Shown: positions 54,401-63,317, numbered from the stretch's first letter. The stretch: 64,000 nt of DNA from Ostrea edulis (GCF_947568905.1 NC_079164.1:45012001-45076000), one strand, 5' to 3'. Program-made: numbers and translations. The notes: generated by a model not told the origin, from the sequence alone.

Positions 54401-57159
54401 AAAACTGGAAAAAGGAATGTATGGGCAAGATCGGAGACATTTATATCAGAGATTAGAAACTTCCCCAAGTTTCGTATTAACTAAATTGCAGTCCAGTATT
54501 CCGATAAAAATGCATACGCTGATTTAAATTGTGAATTCCATCTTAATAATGAAAGATATTAAGTTATTAAGTTCAAATCTTCCAAATTTTATCATAAAAA
54601 CATTCAAGATACAATATTTTTCAGAAGATGTTTCACTTCAAAGTAAAATGAAAGTGAAGTTTCTAAAAGCAACACATGACTCAAACTCAGAAAAATCAGC
54701 GAGAATTTAGCAAATAACTATGATTTGCCAACTTTTTTGTTAATAGTATATTTGTTGATCAACTCATTTCAAAACTTGTTACGTTTGATTCTAATTCATA
54801 ATAGGAGTGAAATAAACTTAAATCAACATCAATTTATCAAACTACATGTATAAATAGGAATTAACAATTTATAGGTGGGACTGTAACATATACTTTAAGC
54901 AGGAGACATGCTGCCATAAGAGTTGCTTATTTCTGTTATCCATGTGTATGTCTCTGACAAGATATACCAAATTCTTCCATGAATGATTAGGACACTTTTT
55001 ACCTACCCAAACTGACAGCTGTGCTTTTGTTTCAAAATCAAAGACATAACAAATCTATCAAAATTGTCAGGAATGAGAACTAATAGAATATCAGTAATGT
55101 TGCTGGGTTGAATTTTCAAAATTTTGTCACATGAAGCAAAATCTGCAATTTCAGTGCAATTAACAAGAGGCTCACAGGCCTTATCGGTCACCTGGGTATT
55201 AGTTAAAAGTATCACAAGCCCCAAGGGCTATGAAATTTAGAATATTTTTCTACTCTGCATATCTAAACTAAATTCTGATATTCAGCAGCAGTATAAAACA
55301 AGATGTGTTCTCAATACACAAATGCCATCGAAAGTGACCATACTGATAAAAAGACTACATGAATATTATGTTATATCAACACTATATGACTTTTTTGGAC
55401 CCTCCCCAGAGTCAAAACCCTGGTGTTGCAACATTCATAATTTCAATACATTACTTTTTGCTTTTCTTAAATATGCATTTAATTTTTACACAGTATCAGC
55501 AAAATTATAAGTCTTTTAAATAATGAAAGACAATAATCGTTGAATGATTCCCTCGAAAGCAATAGGCTTCAGATTTTGTGGTTTCTTATAGTACATGTAA
55601 TTAAATTCTTATTTCCATTATACAAATAATGTATATGCTTCATGACAAAAATTATAGATTGCAACAGATAACCTAAAGTTTTAGTCTCACTTTGAAATTT
55701 TATATGAGCCAAAAAGAAAGAAAAGAAAGAAAAGATTGTTATCGGTATATAATCCTTTACCTGATAGTGTGTAAATGACTCATAAAGGTGACTATACAAT
55801 GCATAGCATTTGTATATTTTGATACAATATTACGAATTGGACAGTTTTTATTTTTTATTTCAATATGTTGTATTGATCAGACATGATTTTACAGAAAGAT
55901 AAAAAAAAAAAAAGCGGAAGCGGAAGTGGGGGGGGGGGGGTATCTAGGGCCAGCAATATTTTTCTCTCAATTAAAAGCCAGAGACGTTGCCAGAATCACT
56001 CAATATACAGTACTCCTTAAGGTTAATGTTTTTTGTTTAAATCTGGCAATTGCCTTTCATCATGCCTACCCCATGAATAATCCAGAAGATCAGTTGTATC
56101 TTTCAGTTTGTCAATCCTTGCTTCCATTTTATATCTGCAGAAGTTAAATTTTGTGACGGTTTCAACATGGCGTTTTACTGGTGCCAGGTACATACAACAA
56201 GAGATCTGATCACATGATGAAGCAATGTGACAACGGATTTCTGCTGGATTGGAAATGTTTCCCAGTGTTGAGGTTGGAATTCCACTTAGACATTCTAATG
56301 AAGCAAAACAAGTTACATACAGTTTACATAATGTCTTCATTCTTCCCAAAAGAGAGAAGAAATACAGACAAGAGGCTCATAGGCCACATCGCTCACCTGA
56401 ATCACCTTGGCCCATATATAAAGATTTTCCCTGTATATTCGCATGTAAAACTTTGATCCCCATTGTGACCCCAACCTACCCCCAGGACCCATGATTTTTG
56501 CAAACTGGAATCTGCATCATGTCAGGAAGCTTTCATGTAACTGTACACTTTCTGGCCCATTGGTTCTTGAGAAGAAGATTTTTAAAGATTTTTCTTATAT
56601 ATCTGTATGTAAAAGACCCCCGGGGTCAGTGATGTTAACAAACTTAAATTTGTATTATGTCAGGACGCTTTCATATAAAAGTAAACTTCTCAGGCCCAAT
56701 GGTTTTTGAGAAGATTTTCCCTCTGTATTTGTAAGTAAAATCTTTATTCCCTATTGTGGCTCCATCCTACCTCCAGGGGTCATGATTTTAACAAACTAAA
56801 ATCTACACTATGTCAGGAAGCTTTCATGTAAATTTGTACTTTCCTAGTCCAGTGGTTTTTCAGAAGATTTTTAAAGATTTTCCCTAAATATTTGCATGTA
56901 AAACTTTGATCCCCTATTGTGGCCCTATCCTACCCCCGGGGGCAATAAATTTTACAAACTTGATTCTGCACAATGTCAGGAAGCTTTCATGTAAATCTCA
57001 GCTTTTCTGCCCAAGAATTTCTTGAGAAGATTTTCAAATGCCCCCCCCCCTCCCCTATTTTTGCAGTTTTGTGATGATCTCCCCTTTGAAGGGGGCATGG
57101 CCCTTCATTTGAACAAACTTGAAAGCCCTTCACCCAAGGATGCGTTTTGCCAAGTTTGT

Positions 57160-57191
<32 letters not shown>

Positions 57192-60100
57192 TTGAAAATG
57201 TGAAAAGTTTACAGACAGATGAACAGACAACAGGCGATCAGAAAAGCTCACTTAAGCATTCAACTTAGGTGAGCTAAAAACAAAATAAAACTAAACCTGA
57301 ACTAATCAAGTGTTTTAATTATACAGTAATTATTAGTACTTGAAACTGTTTCTACAGTTACTTCAAATAATCACAAACAAAATGTTTACCATTATTCCAG
57401 CCACTTGTAGCCGGACCATATGTTGCGTCAGAGAAATTACACTGATCTGTGTTGTACATAAAGTGGTCCAGTCCCAGATCCATGTACAGACTGTCTGCCT
57501 GAACCTCTGTTATGGAAGCCACATCAGCAATGGACTGGGCACTCATCCAGTTGGTCAAAGAGAAGGCTGGAAAATTTTATTTCCATAAATTTTAATAACA
57601 CACTCAAATTTATCAATGGAAACATGCATAGAACAGTATCAAGCATTAAAAATAACACATTACTACAACAGCAAGTTAATGTGATTTATCACTTGAGTGA
57701 TACTGTGTTGTTTCATCACATGCAGATATGTACATGAATTGATAAATCCTCCTGTGTAGTTGCAGGTTTTCATGTTGAAGATAGTGTTGGAGAAGATATT
57801 GTAGGTCTGACTGCAGAGTACAGTGTTGTAGCATGCTGAAACATCTAGAGTAAATCTGTACTGTTTGTTTTCTCCATCCGTGTTGATAGAAATGCTGGAA
57901 GTAGAATGTACAAAAGTCTAGTACCATTCTGCTTAAAAACCAAGTTCTGCACTTTGTATCAGAGTATGCAAGAAACCAACCTTGTTTTGAACATCCCTTT
58001 CAAGCCTACTGTGTATGTTGTATCTGTGTTCATAAATATAGCAAAATATCAATGCACAATATATTTGTAAATGTTTATAACCAAATAATTCTCCAACAAA
58101 ATATTCAATGAAAAAGGAATTTTTTATCACCTCTAATTCAAAACCTACACAAGAGAGAGGAAAAATACAAACAAAAGATTTAAACAAATCTTTTAATCAA
58201 TCAAATTCATCAATTCCAAACAATTGAAAAACTGTCTCTTAGATGTTCAGATAATTCAAATTTAGATTGTTCTCCAATAGAATTTCAATTAATCCAAAAG
58301 TAAAAAAAAAATTAAGTGAAATTATTGTTATTGGAATCACCTGGGTGCCTGACGTTAAGAGTAAAAATTATTCAGAACAGCCTAATTCTCTAACAAAGTT
58401 TCATTGAAATAGAGTAATTTTTTTCCATACCATTTAGAAATAGATCTGTTATATACATTCTGACTGGTACTCTCTCTACAGTGATATCCATGTAGTTTGC
58501 ACACTCATTAAAATCTACCACTACTTCTAGAGGTCGCCCATTAAATCTGTCAATCTCCATACAACAAGTGACTCCAGTACAAGAGCTAGGATTGTAGCAG
58601 GTGATGGCTTTACTGCTCAGATCCTGTAGTGTTGGGGCAGGTAAACACTCTGAAATAAAATAAAGAAACCTGTCTAAAGGACTCAAAAGGTTAATTGTAT
58701 GTATCCATTTCTCAGCTCAATCTGCTGATACTTCAAATACAATGACAATTTAACTGTAAAGGAGGGAAACAACTATAGTGTAATTATTGAACTCAACTTG
58801 TTATAGTGGGTTACCTCTCATGCATTCTATTGCTGAATCATCTACACGAGCTTGAATCATATGGGGTTAATATTTTTTTGGTGGAAACAATCTGTCCCAG
58901 TGAGCTAAATATATGTGTACCCAGTATTTCAACTTTGACTACACCCTACACTCTTCACAGACCTGTTATCCATCCATTGACAACAGTGGACAAAGTATAG
59001 ACAGTATCAGCTGTTCTGTTGCAGACATGTTGTTTCATCATGTTAGCTACCCCATGTTCTTCTGTCACTCTCTGTTGTAAGTGCCCAGGCAGCGGTGTCA
59101 GAGTTCCTGAGTAACCCTTCCCAGCAATCCAGTTGTTCACCGAAAAAGCTGTGCAAACACAATCAGTCAATCTATTTCTTGTCACTATACCAACAATTTT
59201 TTTGCTTACAATATGTACCAGGGTATATGATTTTGTTTATAATATGCATGTGAAAAATATCTGTACTATATGCACTAAAACAATATTTAACTATTGCAAT
59301 ATGAGTAGAGCAATATTTCATAACTAACTCATTTCAGCAGATCTTTCACAGTCTCTCTTGGGTAGGACTGTGTTATTCAGGACTGATGCCACAATTGCAC
59401 AGGCGGAAGCACTTTCAAAGCACACACTGATGTCCAAGTCCACAATGTACTGATTTTGTGCCTGTAGCTCATAGTAACTTACTCTGCAATTAAGAATAGT
59501 AAAAATACTCTACACCATTCACAAAAGTTCATCTCCTTTCTCCAAATACCCCATAACAGGTGTTTTTAGAGACTAGCAAATCTAGCAATGTTTTTTTCCT
59601 TCTAAACCTGGTAATTCATTATTAGAGTATCAAAATTTTAGTGATTTCATCTGCTGATAAAAAAAATATATCACAAATAAAATGGTAATTTATTCAAGAA
59701 ATGCATGTAAAGGAAACCATGAACTACCAAATTCTTGGGTTATGAATTTGCGTCATCACCTCAGTCACTCAGTTATTTATATCATGCATAAAATTGCCAC
59801 TTCCTTTAAAACCACTGATAATCATTTCAGGTTTGCTTTTGAAATATAATTTCCCAAGCTTCTTGGCCCCCAGTGGCTTCATACAACCCAGACTGAGATT
59901 GATGTTTACATATGCGGCAGTCATCTTCATGAACCTGTCAGCTCATGTTTCAGAATCTTTCACACATTTATTAAAGCAGAGATTCATCAGCTGTTTTGGG
60001 GATGATTGGTTACATGTTGCAGCAGGTGTTTTTTTCCGAGGATCCAGAAAATTGTCTGTTATTTGACCACAAAAACAGTCAAATATGATAAAAGCTTTTT

Positions 60101-63100
60101 GGTTGATCTGGAAATCCACTTCGCCAAACATATTGTTTACATAAAGAACAATGATTTCATTTAGATAATCATTCATTGTTGATGCATTGGACAAATGGTT
60201 CTTGAAATGGGTAATGTGAAAATCAGCTGGGAATGCAAATTTGGGGAAATATATACTTCAAAGTTTTTCTGCCATATAACAGTTGAACTCACAAAAATTC
60301 ACAGGAGAGGAACCAAGCAAAGATGGCTAAAATTGTAATGAAATGCTGATAAACTTATTTTTTTAGATTGTTTAAAGATATACTTTAATATAATTCCTGC
60401 AATAATCCTCATACTGTAGCAACTTACTTTCATCACAATACATGTATTTATTTATTTATTAGGATATCTTTTTTACCCATGATTTGATATCTGTTGTCTC
60501 CGCCTGCTGTATCAAAACATTGTCAAAGTGCTGACAATAAAAACAAAAAAGATGAACACAGAGTTTGCAACCAAAATGATTATTATTGTCTAATTAATTT
60601 GAGAACAGTTCACCAAATTAACCTAGCTGTTACAAGCCTGCCAAGAGGGATAATAAACTCTTGTTTTTTGAGCAACAATTTTTGGCAATCGCAATTGATT
60701 TTTTAGCATGAATTGTTTTTAGCAGTTTTGGAACCATTGTTAATTATGTCAAAATTAGATGACTACTAAAAAATCTGCTATACGGTATTGTGATGAATTA
60801 TCAACAGTTCTTTAAAAAAATAAAATATTCCAAAGTATTTTATCAAACTCTACAAATGCAAATAATACTCACTCAATACCAAGCATGCCTTTTAAGAAAA
60901 ACCTCTGAGTTGTTCCTACAATTAATATAAATTATGAAAATACATGACTGCATGATGTAAATTCAACCAATTTACTTTAGTTTATTTTAAACAATAATTT
61001 ATTCAATGCATGTATGACAATATGTAATTACAAAATACAAGTCACGACAGAGATTGGAAAGCAAGCCAAACAATGACTTATGTCAATCCGCTCTCAGTTT
61101 ACTACCAAACAGGATTTAAACCTACCATGCACATAGTTGTATAGATCCACACTGATTCTCAGCTTTTCCAGGTAGATGGTCATCAAGAAAGTACAGGGAT
61201 CCAGACTGACTTTGACATTGAGGGAGTGGCTGAGCAGTGATGGGGACAGACAGCACTCTACACCTGTACAGGTGTCATCCAGGTGACACACCACTGACTT
61301 GGAGCTGATGTCAGGTAAAGATACAGAAGAGGCACATGCTGAAAGTAAAATAAACTCTAAGTGCATCTAACTGGTAATACATTGACAATAAAGGGTTCCT
61401 CTAAGGTACATGATATGCCCATCTGGAACCAAATGTACATGATGTATATCGTATTTCTAAATATTTCAAGACACAAGCTGTGACACTGTCAATTACAATT
61501 CCAAAAAGAGCACAGTCATCTACTTTAGGGTCATGACACACCTTTTCCCAAAGACTAATCAACTAAACAAGTTTGATGGTACTAGGCCTCACAACATGAA
61601 TTTTTTTTGCTTTGCCATAAAATTCCAAAATGAGCCACATTGATCTACTTTTAGTTTGAAACACATCCCCTCCTTCCCTTAAGATGCATCAACTGACCAA
61701 GTTTGATAGTCCTAGGCCTCATAGTATGAAAGATATCATTCAGACATCAAAAAACTATGACGGACAGACAAGAAGGCCCTTTATTAGACAGGACATAAAA
61801 CCCTATATTATTCGCATGTAAAACTTTGATCCCTATTGTGGGCCCCAACCTACTCTCAGGGGGCCATGATTTTTACAAACTAGAATCTGTGAACTTCTTT
61901 GGCCCAATGGTTCTTGAGAAGATTTTTTCCTATTTATTAGTATGTAAAACTTTGATCCCCTGTTGTGGCCTCATTCTAGCCTCAGGGGTCATGAGTTTAA
62001 CAAAATTGAATCTGTACTATGTCAGGAAGCTTTCATGTAAATCTCAGCTTTTCTGGCCTAGTGGTTCTTGAGAAAAAGATTTTTTTCTATTTATTAGTAT
62101 GTAAAACTTTGATCCTCTATTGTCACCCCATCTTACCCCCTGGGGCCATGATTTTGACAAACTTGAATCTACGCTGTGTCAGAAAGCTTTCATGTAAATT
62201 TCCACTTTCCTGGCCCAGTAGTTCTTGAGAAGATCTTTAAAGATTTTCCCTTTATATTTGTATGCAAAACTTTGATCCCCTATTGTGGCTCCATCCTACC
62301 TCCAGGTGCCATGATTTTAACAAACTTGAACTGCACTATGTCAGGAAGCTTTAATGTAAATGTAAACTTTTCTGACCCAGTGATTCTTCAGAAGATGTTT
62401 CCTTATATATTTGTATGTAAAACTTTGATCCCCTATTGTGGCCCCATCCTACCCCCAAGGGCCATGATTTTAACAAACTTGAATCTGCACTATGCCAGGA
62501 AGCTTTCATGTAAATTTCAGCGCTTCTGGCCCTGTGGTTCTTGAGAAGAAGATTTTTAATTGATCCCACCCTATTTTTGCATTTTTGTGATTATCTTTCC
62601 TTTGATGGGGGAATGGCCCTTCATTTGAATAGACTTGAAATCCCTTCACCCAAGGATGCTTTTGGCCACGTTTGGTTATAATTGGCCCAGTGGTTCTGGA
62701 GAAGAAGTCGAAAATGTAAACAGTTTACAGACAGACAGACAGACAATGGACAACAGGAGATCAGTAAAGCTCACTTCAGCTTTCAGCTAAGGTGAGCTAA
62801 AACTCATGAATCTCAGTTATTACCTTTCGTCCATCCCATGGTTGGTGAGGCATAGATGCCCGAATTTGAAAGACAAGCCGTGGTCAACAAGTATTTTGAG
62901 GTTCCCATTTCAGTCATTAATTCTGAAGTGCGAGCAGCATTTAGAGGAGATGTGTAACTGTTACTTGTCATCCAAGTTGAGGCAGAAAATCCACCTACAA
63001 TGTATAAGAGAGGAGATTTATATGTAACTTGTAAATTATGACCTCGCATGAAAAGCATTCCACAAAATCAATCAAAATCATCAGAAACCACATAGGTATT

Positions 63101-63317
63101 GTTTTAGCATTTTGTACTCTCAATGTAACAAAGTTGATTAGACATCCAAGGGTCAAGCATCTCACCTTGAATATCAGCATTCCAGTCACATGATTCTTTG
63201 GGGAAAACTGTGTTATCAAGAATTGTCTCTTCGTGACATGTGCTACTCTCGAAACAGGTACTGATTGTAAAGACAGCCACATGTACATGCTGAGATGGCA
63301 CATCAATCAGTCTGGCT
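35..63317 (-). CDS. Giant multi-exon gene, partial at both ends: large Cys-rich/FN3-like/PAN-containing, probably secreted, uncharacterised protein (70 exons, ~3,850 aa in window)
   Basis: Exons traced by eye with AG/GT ends and consistent phases, 5'->3': 63166-63317, 62824-62994, 61126-61338, 60873-60915, 59329-59483, 58963-59148, 58431-58649, 57981-58023, 57734-57894, 57390-57566, 56070-56294, 54026-54068, 53723-53877, 53416-53598, 52124-52339, 50445-50487, 50133-50296, 49774-49950, 49360-49581, 48543-48585, 46409-46560, 46069-46239, 44377-44589, 43172-43214, 41625-41779, 41259-41444, 40727-40945, 40277-40319, 40031-40191, 39687-39863, 38365-38589, 36320-36362, 36017-36171, 35710-35892, 34418-34633, 32739-32781, 32427-32590, 32060-32236, 31756-31980, 28003-28045, 27757-27911, 26720-26779, 25691-25901, 25387-25489, 25057-25210, 24582-24811, 24284-24449, 23971-24196, 23655-23862, 23048-23245, 22560-22863, 22208-22446, 21916-22105, 21556-21774, 21159-21344, 20865-21045, 20615-20781, 20012-20139, 19241-19493, 16533-16704, 14486-14726, 13868-13985, 7663-7835, 7333-7492, 6982-7176, 1395-1646, 1123-1282, 674-909, 411-541, 35-188. 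No in-frame stop found. The donors at 21916 and 40031 are the least certain. Confidence 0.88.
2440..3180. repeat. Degenerate interspersed satellite-like repeat (HINE-like relic) with a 36-bp internal tandem duplication at ~2910-2981
   Basis: cctagagtgtgaacccctggcctgttgggtcatga occurs twice in tandem; surrounding motifs (aattttagtagaaggc, gcattttc, catgaatttc) recur at ~160-170 bp spacing. Boundaries approximate. Confidence 0.45.
4257..4385. repeat. Degenerate short tandem repeat (tcaagagttga core, ~5 copies) next to the gap
   Basis: tcaagagttga / tcaagagtgga / tcaagaattga recur at ~20-bp spacing. Confidence 0.7.
4414..4613. other. Assembly gap (200 N)
   Basis: Run of n from 4414 to 4613, inside a host intron. 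The flanking exons (6982-7176 and 1395-1646) join in phase, so no exon is obviously missing. Confidence 0.99.
5108..6603. mobile_element. Non-autonomous Kolobok-like DNA transposon (~1.5 kb)
   Basis: TTAA flanks both ends (5104-5107, 6604-6607). Imperfect TIR: AGGACACATCACATGTTTTTAA versus reverse complement AGGACACATCCCGTGTTTTCAA. A second inverted pair GTGACGTCATATGCGACCT lies at 5289-5307 and 6402-6420. TTAA TSD with RR..YY termini is the established Kolobok signature. Confidence 0.7.
7861..8048 (+). repeat. Split direct repeat A1 (188 bp)
   Basis: Identical by eye to 12766-12953 (taatatagattattgag...cagcacgtta). Confidence 0.97.
8077..8982 (+). CDS. gag: Gag-like ORF1 (301 aa) with C-terminal CCCH and CCHC zinc fingers
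   Basis: ATG start; basic N-terminus (MPPKRKR); central helical region typical of DIRS gag (IDKWTNAFMIYMSV..W..YDEQYR); C-x8-C-x5-C-x3-H followed by C-x2-C-x3-H-x4-C. Confidence 0.85.
   Translation: MPPKRKRDGGMVSPARGRGQKKSRHNTRQQKPGTKVRDNQPPFQHQESSESVPGSEAAPDLGEFVPANFGNIGNSDFSLDLNVADFTPVPELSYFDNVGQHIPLKLKQKIWDGQFVDLGLLLKSAKEIDYSLGGQGEIKIRDGKFCVVRSNDSSYLTIDKWTNAFMIYMSVMLEKYRARAQEFLKYMRDIRLAATRSQGWYKYDEQYRLRKASNPESSWGIISQEFWLLYVTGQSSFHSQTQFSNNKQFSSQSSTSAVTQYCYHFNQGKKCNFFPKCRFKHTCRRCGGKHPANNCSSNSAV
8771..10561 (+). CDS. pol: Reverse transcriptase / RNase H (frame open from 8771; no AUG before the RT core)
   Basis: RT motifs SPLGLVPKK, KSDIKSAFRLLP, LPFG, YLDDF, FLGI. RNase H acidic residues in YTDSAGG, ELFPV, YIDN, NSIADCLSR. 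The ORF-track start (8984) is TTG; the previous in-frame stop is TGA at 8768-8770. Confidence 0.95.
   Translation, partial: PARVHSIVKLNSVIISNFQVRAAHLLLPNTAIISIRVKSVISSQNAGSSTPVGDAEENIQPTTVLPTQLYKLGKTPIRLDRVIYYSQNYSDNHFLREGFQHGFKLQYSGPRSPRFSKNLTSLGRQYSVAEEKICKEVTLGRVAGPFIEPPFPTLQVSPLGLVPKKDGDYRLIHHLSYPENASINYFIDPEQSSVTYSTIDDAADIIAKLGRGAYLAKSDIKSAFRLLPINSTDFDLLGFCFNDAFYYDKMLPFGCKISCAIWDRFACFLHWLTQNRSQNSSILHYLDDFFFCGREHSISKNTLDTFLSLCSDLGVPIANDKTVYPTQVLTFLGIEFDTVQMIMKLPWEKIHEIKHKILDIMTFRKVTLQQLQSILGLLNFACRVIAPGRAFCRRLTDATIGLGKPHHHTRVTLEMKADLQVWLTFLQSFNGISVITKSIWVNNDTLELYTDSAGGDSGGFGIFFAGKWAYAQWPSSWLAQGLTRDMTFLELFPVQVAIEVWKHQFANYRILFYIDNMAVVHVINKTTSRSPRVMKIVRKLVLTCLKHNILIKARHIPSKLNSIADCLSRSQWGKFRRLAPTADPWPAPLPKNIWEI
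10522..11424 (+). CDS. Tyrosine recombinase (300 aa from ATG 10522; frame open from at least 10465)
   Basis: Catalytic set R (GLLRVSE), K (SKTDQ), HxxR (HSFRIG), W (GRW) and Y (NYIRL). Overlaps the end of the RNase H ORF. Confidence 0.95.
   Translation: MASTTSQEHLGNLKSEANRLIQGSLSVNTYKAYQGAFTSFKKFLSNCGIAMVFPIPIDHLLNFIAHLSISGTAYRTAALYISALSYFHKLRGIQDNTQSFIVKKALQGLHKKRGNPVDPRIPLTISILQRVVSALPSVCRSPYEAALFSTIFSIAYHGLLRVSEVLSIHRAHISLTKNNVSILIPRSKTDQIGNTTTLQISKHANSDTCPVQWVLKFLRLRPNSDSTLFFIHMDYKHVTRYQFNCMLQKTLKFNDIQGHFRPHSFRIGRATDMAKQGVSDSEIKSLGRWESNAFQNYIRL
11457..12083 (+). CDS. SGNH/GDSL-like hydrolase (esterase) ORF, longer than in the ORF track
   Basis: The frame is open from 11457: KTVWIVGSSIPFWAG (block I Ser), KGIRGLKW (block II Gly), VIHAGSNDL (block III Asn), YDGTHLAESG (block V D-x-x-H). 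The first in-frame ATG lies after block III. Confidence 0.88.
   Translation, partial: FAKSIPGFKTVWIVGSSIPFWAGEEARRRPGGKNLNLGVDIFWKGIRGLKWQDLDKLITEELKHQPQPDVLVIHAGSNDLTTAGNTALRFAHEIQCSLYRYNALLPKTLLIWSTMLPRLYWHGAPLGKGGAKIDLKRRKVNKAIKKFVTSQVNGACIVHDRNINVHQTSLFRYDGTHLAESGNQAYLNNIQGGLEFILGGKGKIFPTQ
12379..12385 (+). promoter_or_regulatory. TATA-like box in repeat B1 (duplicate in B2 at 13418-13424)
   Basis: ctcTATAAAAggaggag in a relatively GC-rich, LTR-like context; function inferred. Confidence 0.3.
12645..12650 (+). terminator. Candidate poly(A) signal AATAAA in B1 (duplicate in B2 at 13684-13689)
   Basis: gctcAATAAAttc located in the 3' part of the B repeat; function inferred from position only. 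Confidence 0.4.
12766..12953 (+). repeat. Split direct repeat A2 (188 bp), overlapping B1 by TAATA
   Basis: Junction reads ...tcaat-TAATA-tagatt... Confidence 0.97.
13254..13809 (+). repeat. Split direct repeat B2 (556 bp)
   Basis: Ends ...tcaatTAATA, followed by host intron sequence ctatttgg. Confidence 0.97.
15365..15585 (+). mobile_element. Probable Penelope-like element terminal-repeat fragment hosting the hammerhead
   Basis: Inferred from the ribozyme type (minimal palindromic HHRs are an established PLE feature). No PLE ORF is visible and the boundaries are approximate. Confidence 0.45.
15513..15556 (+). ncRNA. Minimal type I hammerhead ribozyme (palindromic helix III; Penelope-like-element type)
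   Basis: Helix I GCATCA(15513-18)/TGGTGC(15551-56); core CTGAAGA (15519-25); helix II GACA-ttatt-TGTC; GAAA (15539-42); palindromic ATGCGCAT; AUC cleavage triplet, cut after C15550. Confidence 0.85.
16981..18184 (+). mobile_element. Helentron-associated non-autonomous element (HINE) with ~166-bp HindIII/Cg170-type satellite array
   Basis: 5' aacaagaggcccatgggcc palindrome and subterminal gctcacctgag; ~6 monomers (AAGCTT at 17142, 17308, 17473: period 165-166); gacg microsatellite; 3' hairpin agctcacttgagc..gctcaggtgagct then aaaa. Confidence 0.85.
18410..18840 (+). repeat. Second HINE-like family relic with ~150-bp internal repeats
   Basis: ttagatccactataa...caatatgcacatctacaaatggcaatga...ttgtacaaagt occurs twice; 3' hairpin tgtctccccc-tgcaaga-gggggagaca. 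Confidence 0.6.
22208..22446 (-). CDS. Host exon encoding a PAN/Apple-like domain
   Basis: Translation ...TVGECATLCNGMHVTKCLSFNYDFGNSGHCELL... matches the PAN core C-x3-C-x7-C-x-S-F-x-Y...C-x-L. Confidence 0.7.
26720..63317 (-). CDS. Host gene N-terminal region: ~10 tandem ~200-aa Cys-rich modules, each encoded by 4 exons (A ~213-225 nt, 43-nt exon, B ~152-164 nt, C ~171-186 nt)
   Basis: Repeated exon types: A (C..C..C..CC..C..[W/F/H/N]G/D), 43-nt exon (F.L.G[VM]), B (VC[YF]E/D..C..C) and C (FS[LV]..W..C..GW). The junction phases repeat as 1-1-2-1. Confidence 0.8.
28687..29470. mobile_element. PIF/Harbinger-type MITE (784 bp), TAA target duplication
   Basis: TAA|GGGCTGTTCCAGAAA ... TTTCTGGAATAGCCC|TAA. 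Reverse-complement homologue of 43330-44278. Confidence 0.88.
30475..30950 (-). repeat. HINE-like relic in reverse orientation with ~160-bp repeats
   Basis: tctgtctgtctg microsatellite at the left end; ttgatatttggta..cattgc..accatgacaag..agatcaagttt..tccac/ttgatttt..cccttggacttagaaaa repeated. Confidence 0.55.
31471..31588. repeat. 35-bp minisatellite, ~3.3 copies
   Basis: aaagatactttttgagtgtttta.. repeated. Confidence 0.85.
33460..33670 (+). mobile_element. SINE-like 3' fragment (duplicate at ~51166-51376)
   Basis: gatgggacgttaa..gtcccgtgt..aaagatc core and a cctgaaatattgc..aaacg..taaaac..caatcaatca tail resembling molluscan tRNA-SINE ends (from recollection, not searched). Confidence 0.5.
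34050..34280. repeat. 46-bp minisatellite, 5 copies (duplicate at 51756-51986)
   Basis: ggcgttcactctatctgtgttttactgtatagtaaatttgaggttt in head-to-tail copies without spacers. Confidence 0.92.
36385..36522 (+). mobile_element. SINE-like 3' fragment (duplicate at ~54091-54228)
   Basis: cggcagtggtgacgtctccacatgagtgaaatattctc..gggac.taaaac followed by a tcaatcaatcaa tail, resembling an oyster SINE end (recollection). Confidence 0.55.
38663..39576 (+). mobile_element. HINE with Cg170-type satellite array (duplicate at 56368-57279)
   Basis: acaagaggctcataggccacatcgctcacctga start, ~4 degenerate monomers, 3' aagctcacttaagc..ttaggtgagct hairpin. Confidence 0.85.
42100..42590 (-). pseudogene. pogo/Tigger-type DDE transposase relic (duplicate at ~59800-60290)
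   Basis: Decayed translation PKFTFPADFHITHFKNHLSNASTMNDYLNEVIVLYV..QKAFIIFDCFCGQITDNFL..QLMNLCINKCVKD..KPLG follows the DDE_1 pattern (FP.DW..T...NHWSN..TM..Y..I..PY; L.i.D.f.gq.t; LQP.D.s.NK..K). Stops and frameshifts present. Confidence 0.75.
43330..44278. mobile_element. PIF/Harbinger-type MITE (949 bp), TTA target duplication
   Basis: TTA|GGGCTATTCCAGAAA ... TTTCTGGAACAGCCC|TTA. The duplicate copy at ~61028 has a single TTA (empty site). Confidence 0.93.
44720..45052 (+). repeat. HINE-like relic of another family (duplicate at ~61470-61801)
   Basis: caagtttgat(g/a)gt(a/c)ctaggcctca occurs twice; ends gacggacagac..ataaaa. Confidence 0.5.
45053..46047 (+). mobile_element. 5'-truncated HINE with Cg170-type satellite array (duplicate at ~61802-62802)
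   Basis: aaaactttgatcccctattgtggcc..aagctttcatgtaaat monomers; gacagacagac; 3' agctcacttcagc..gctaaggtgagct. Confidence 0.85.
47075..47439 (+). mobile_element. 365-bp HINE nested in the Tc1-like element, absent from duplicate copy 2
   Basis: acaagagg start, gacg/gaca microsatellite, 3' hairpin tatacccccc..gggggg tata. Empty site gaatca^attatt at ~63836. Confidence 0.85.
47850..47933. repeat. Near-perfect palindrome with internal tandem duplication
   Basis: aatctgacta-a-agtacagacctatatta..taatataggtctgtact-c-tagtcagatt; tatattatatataatataggtctgta occurs twice. Confidence 0.85.
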
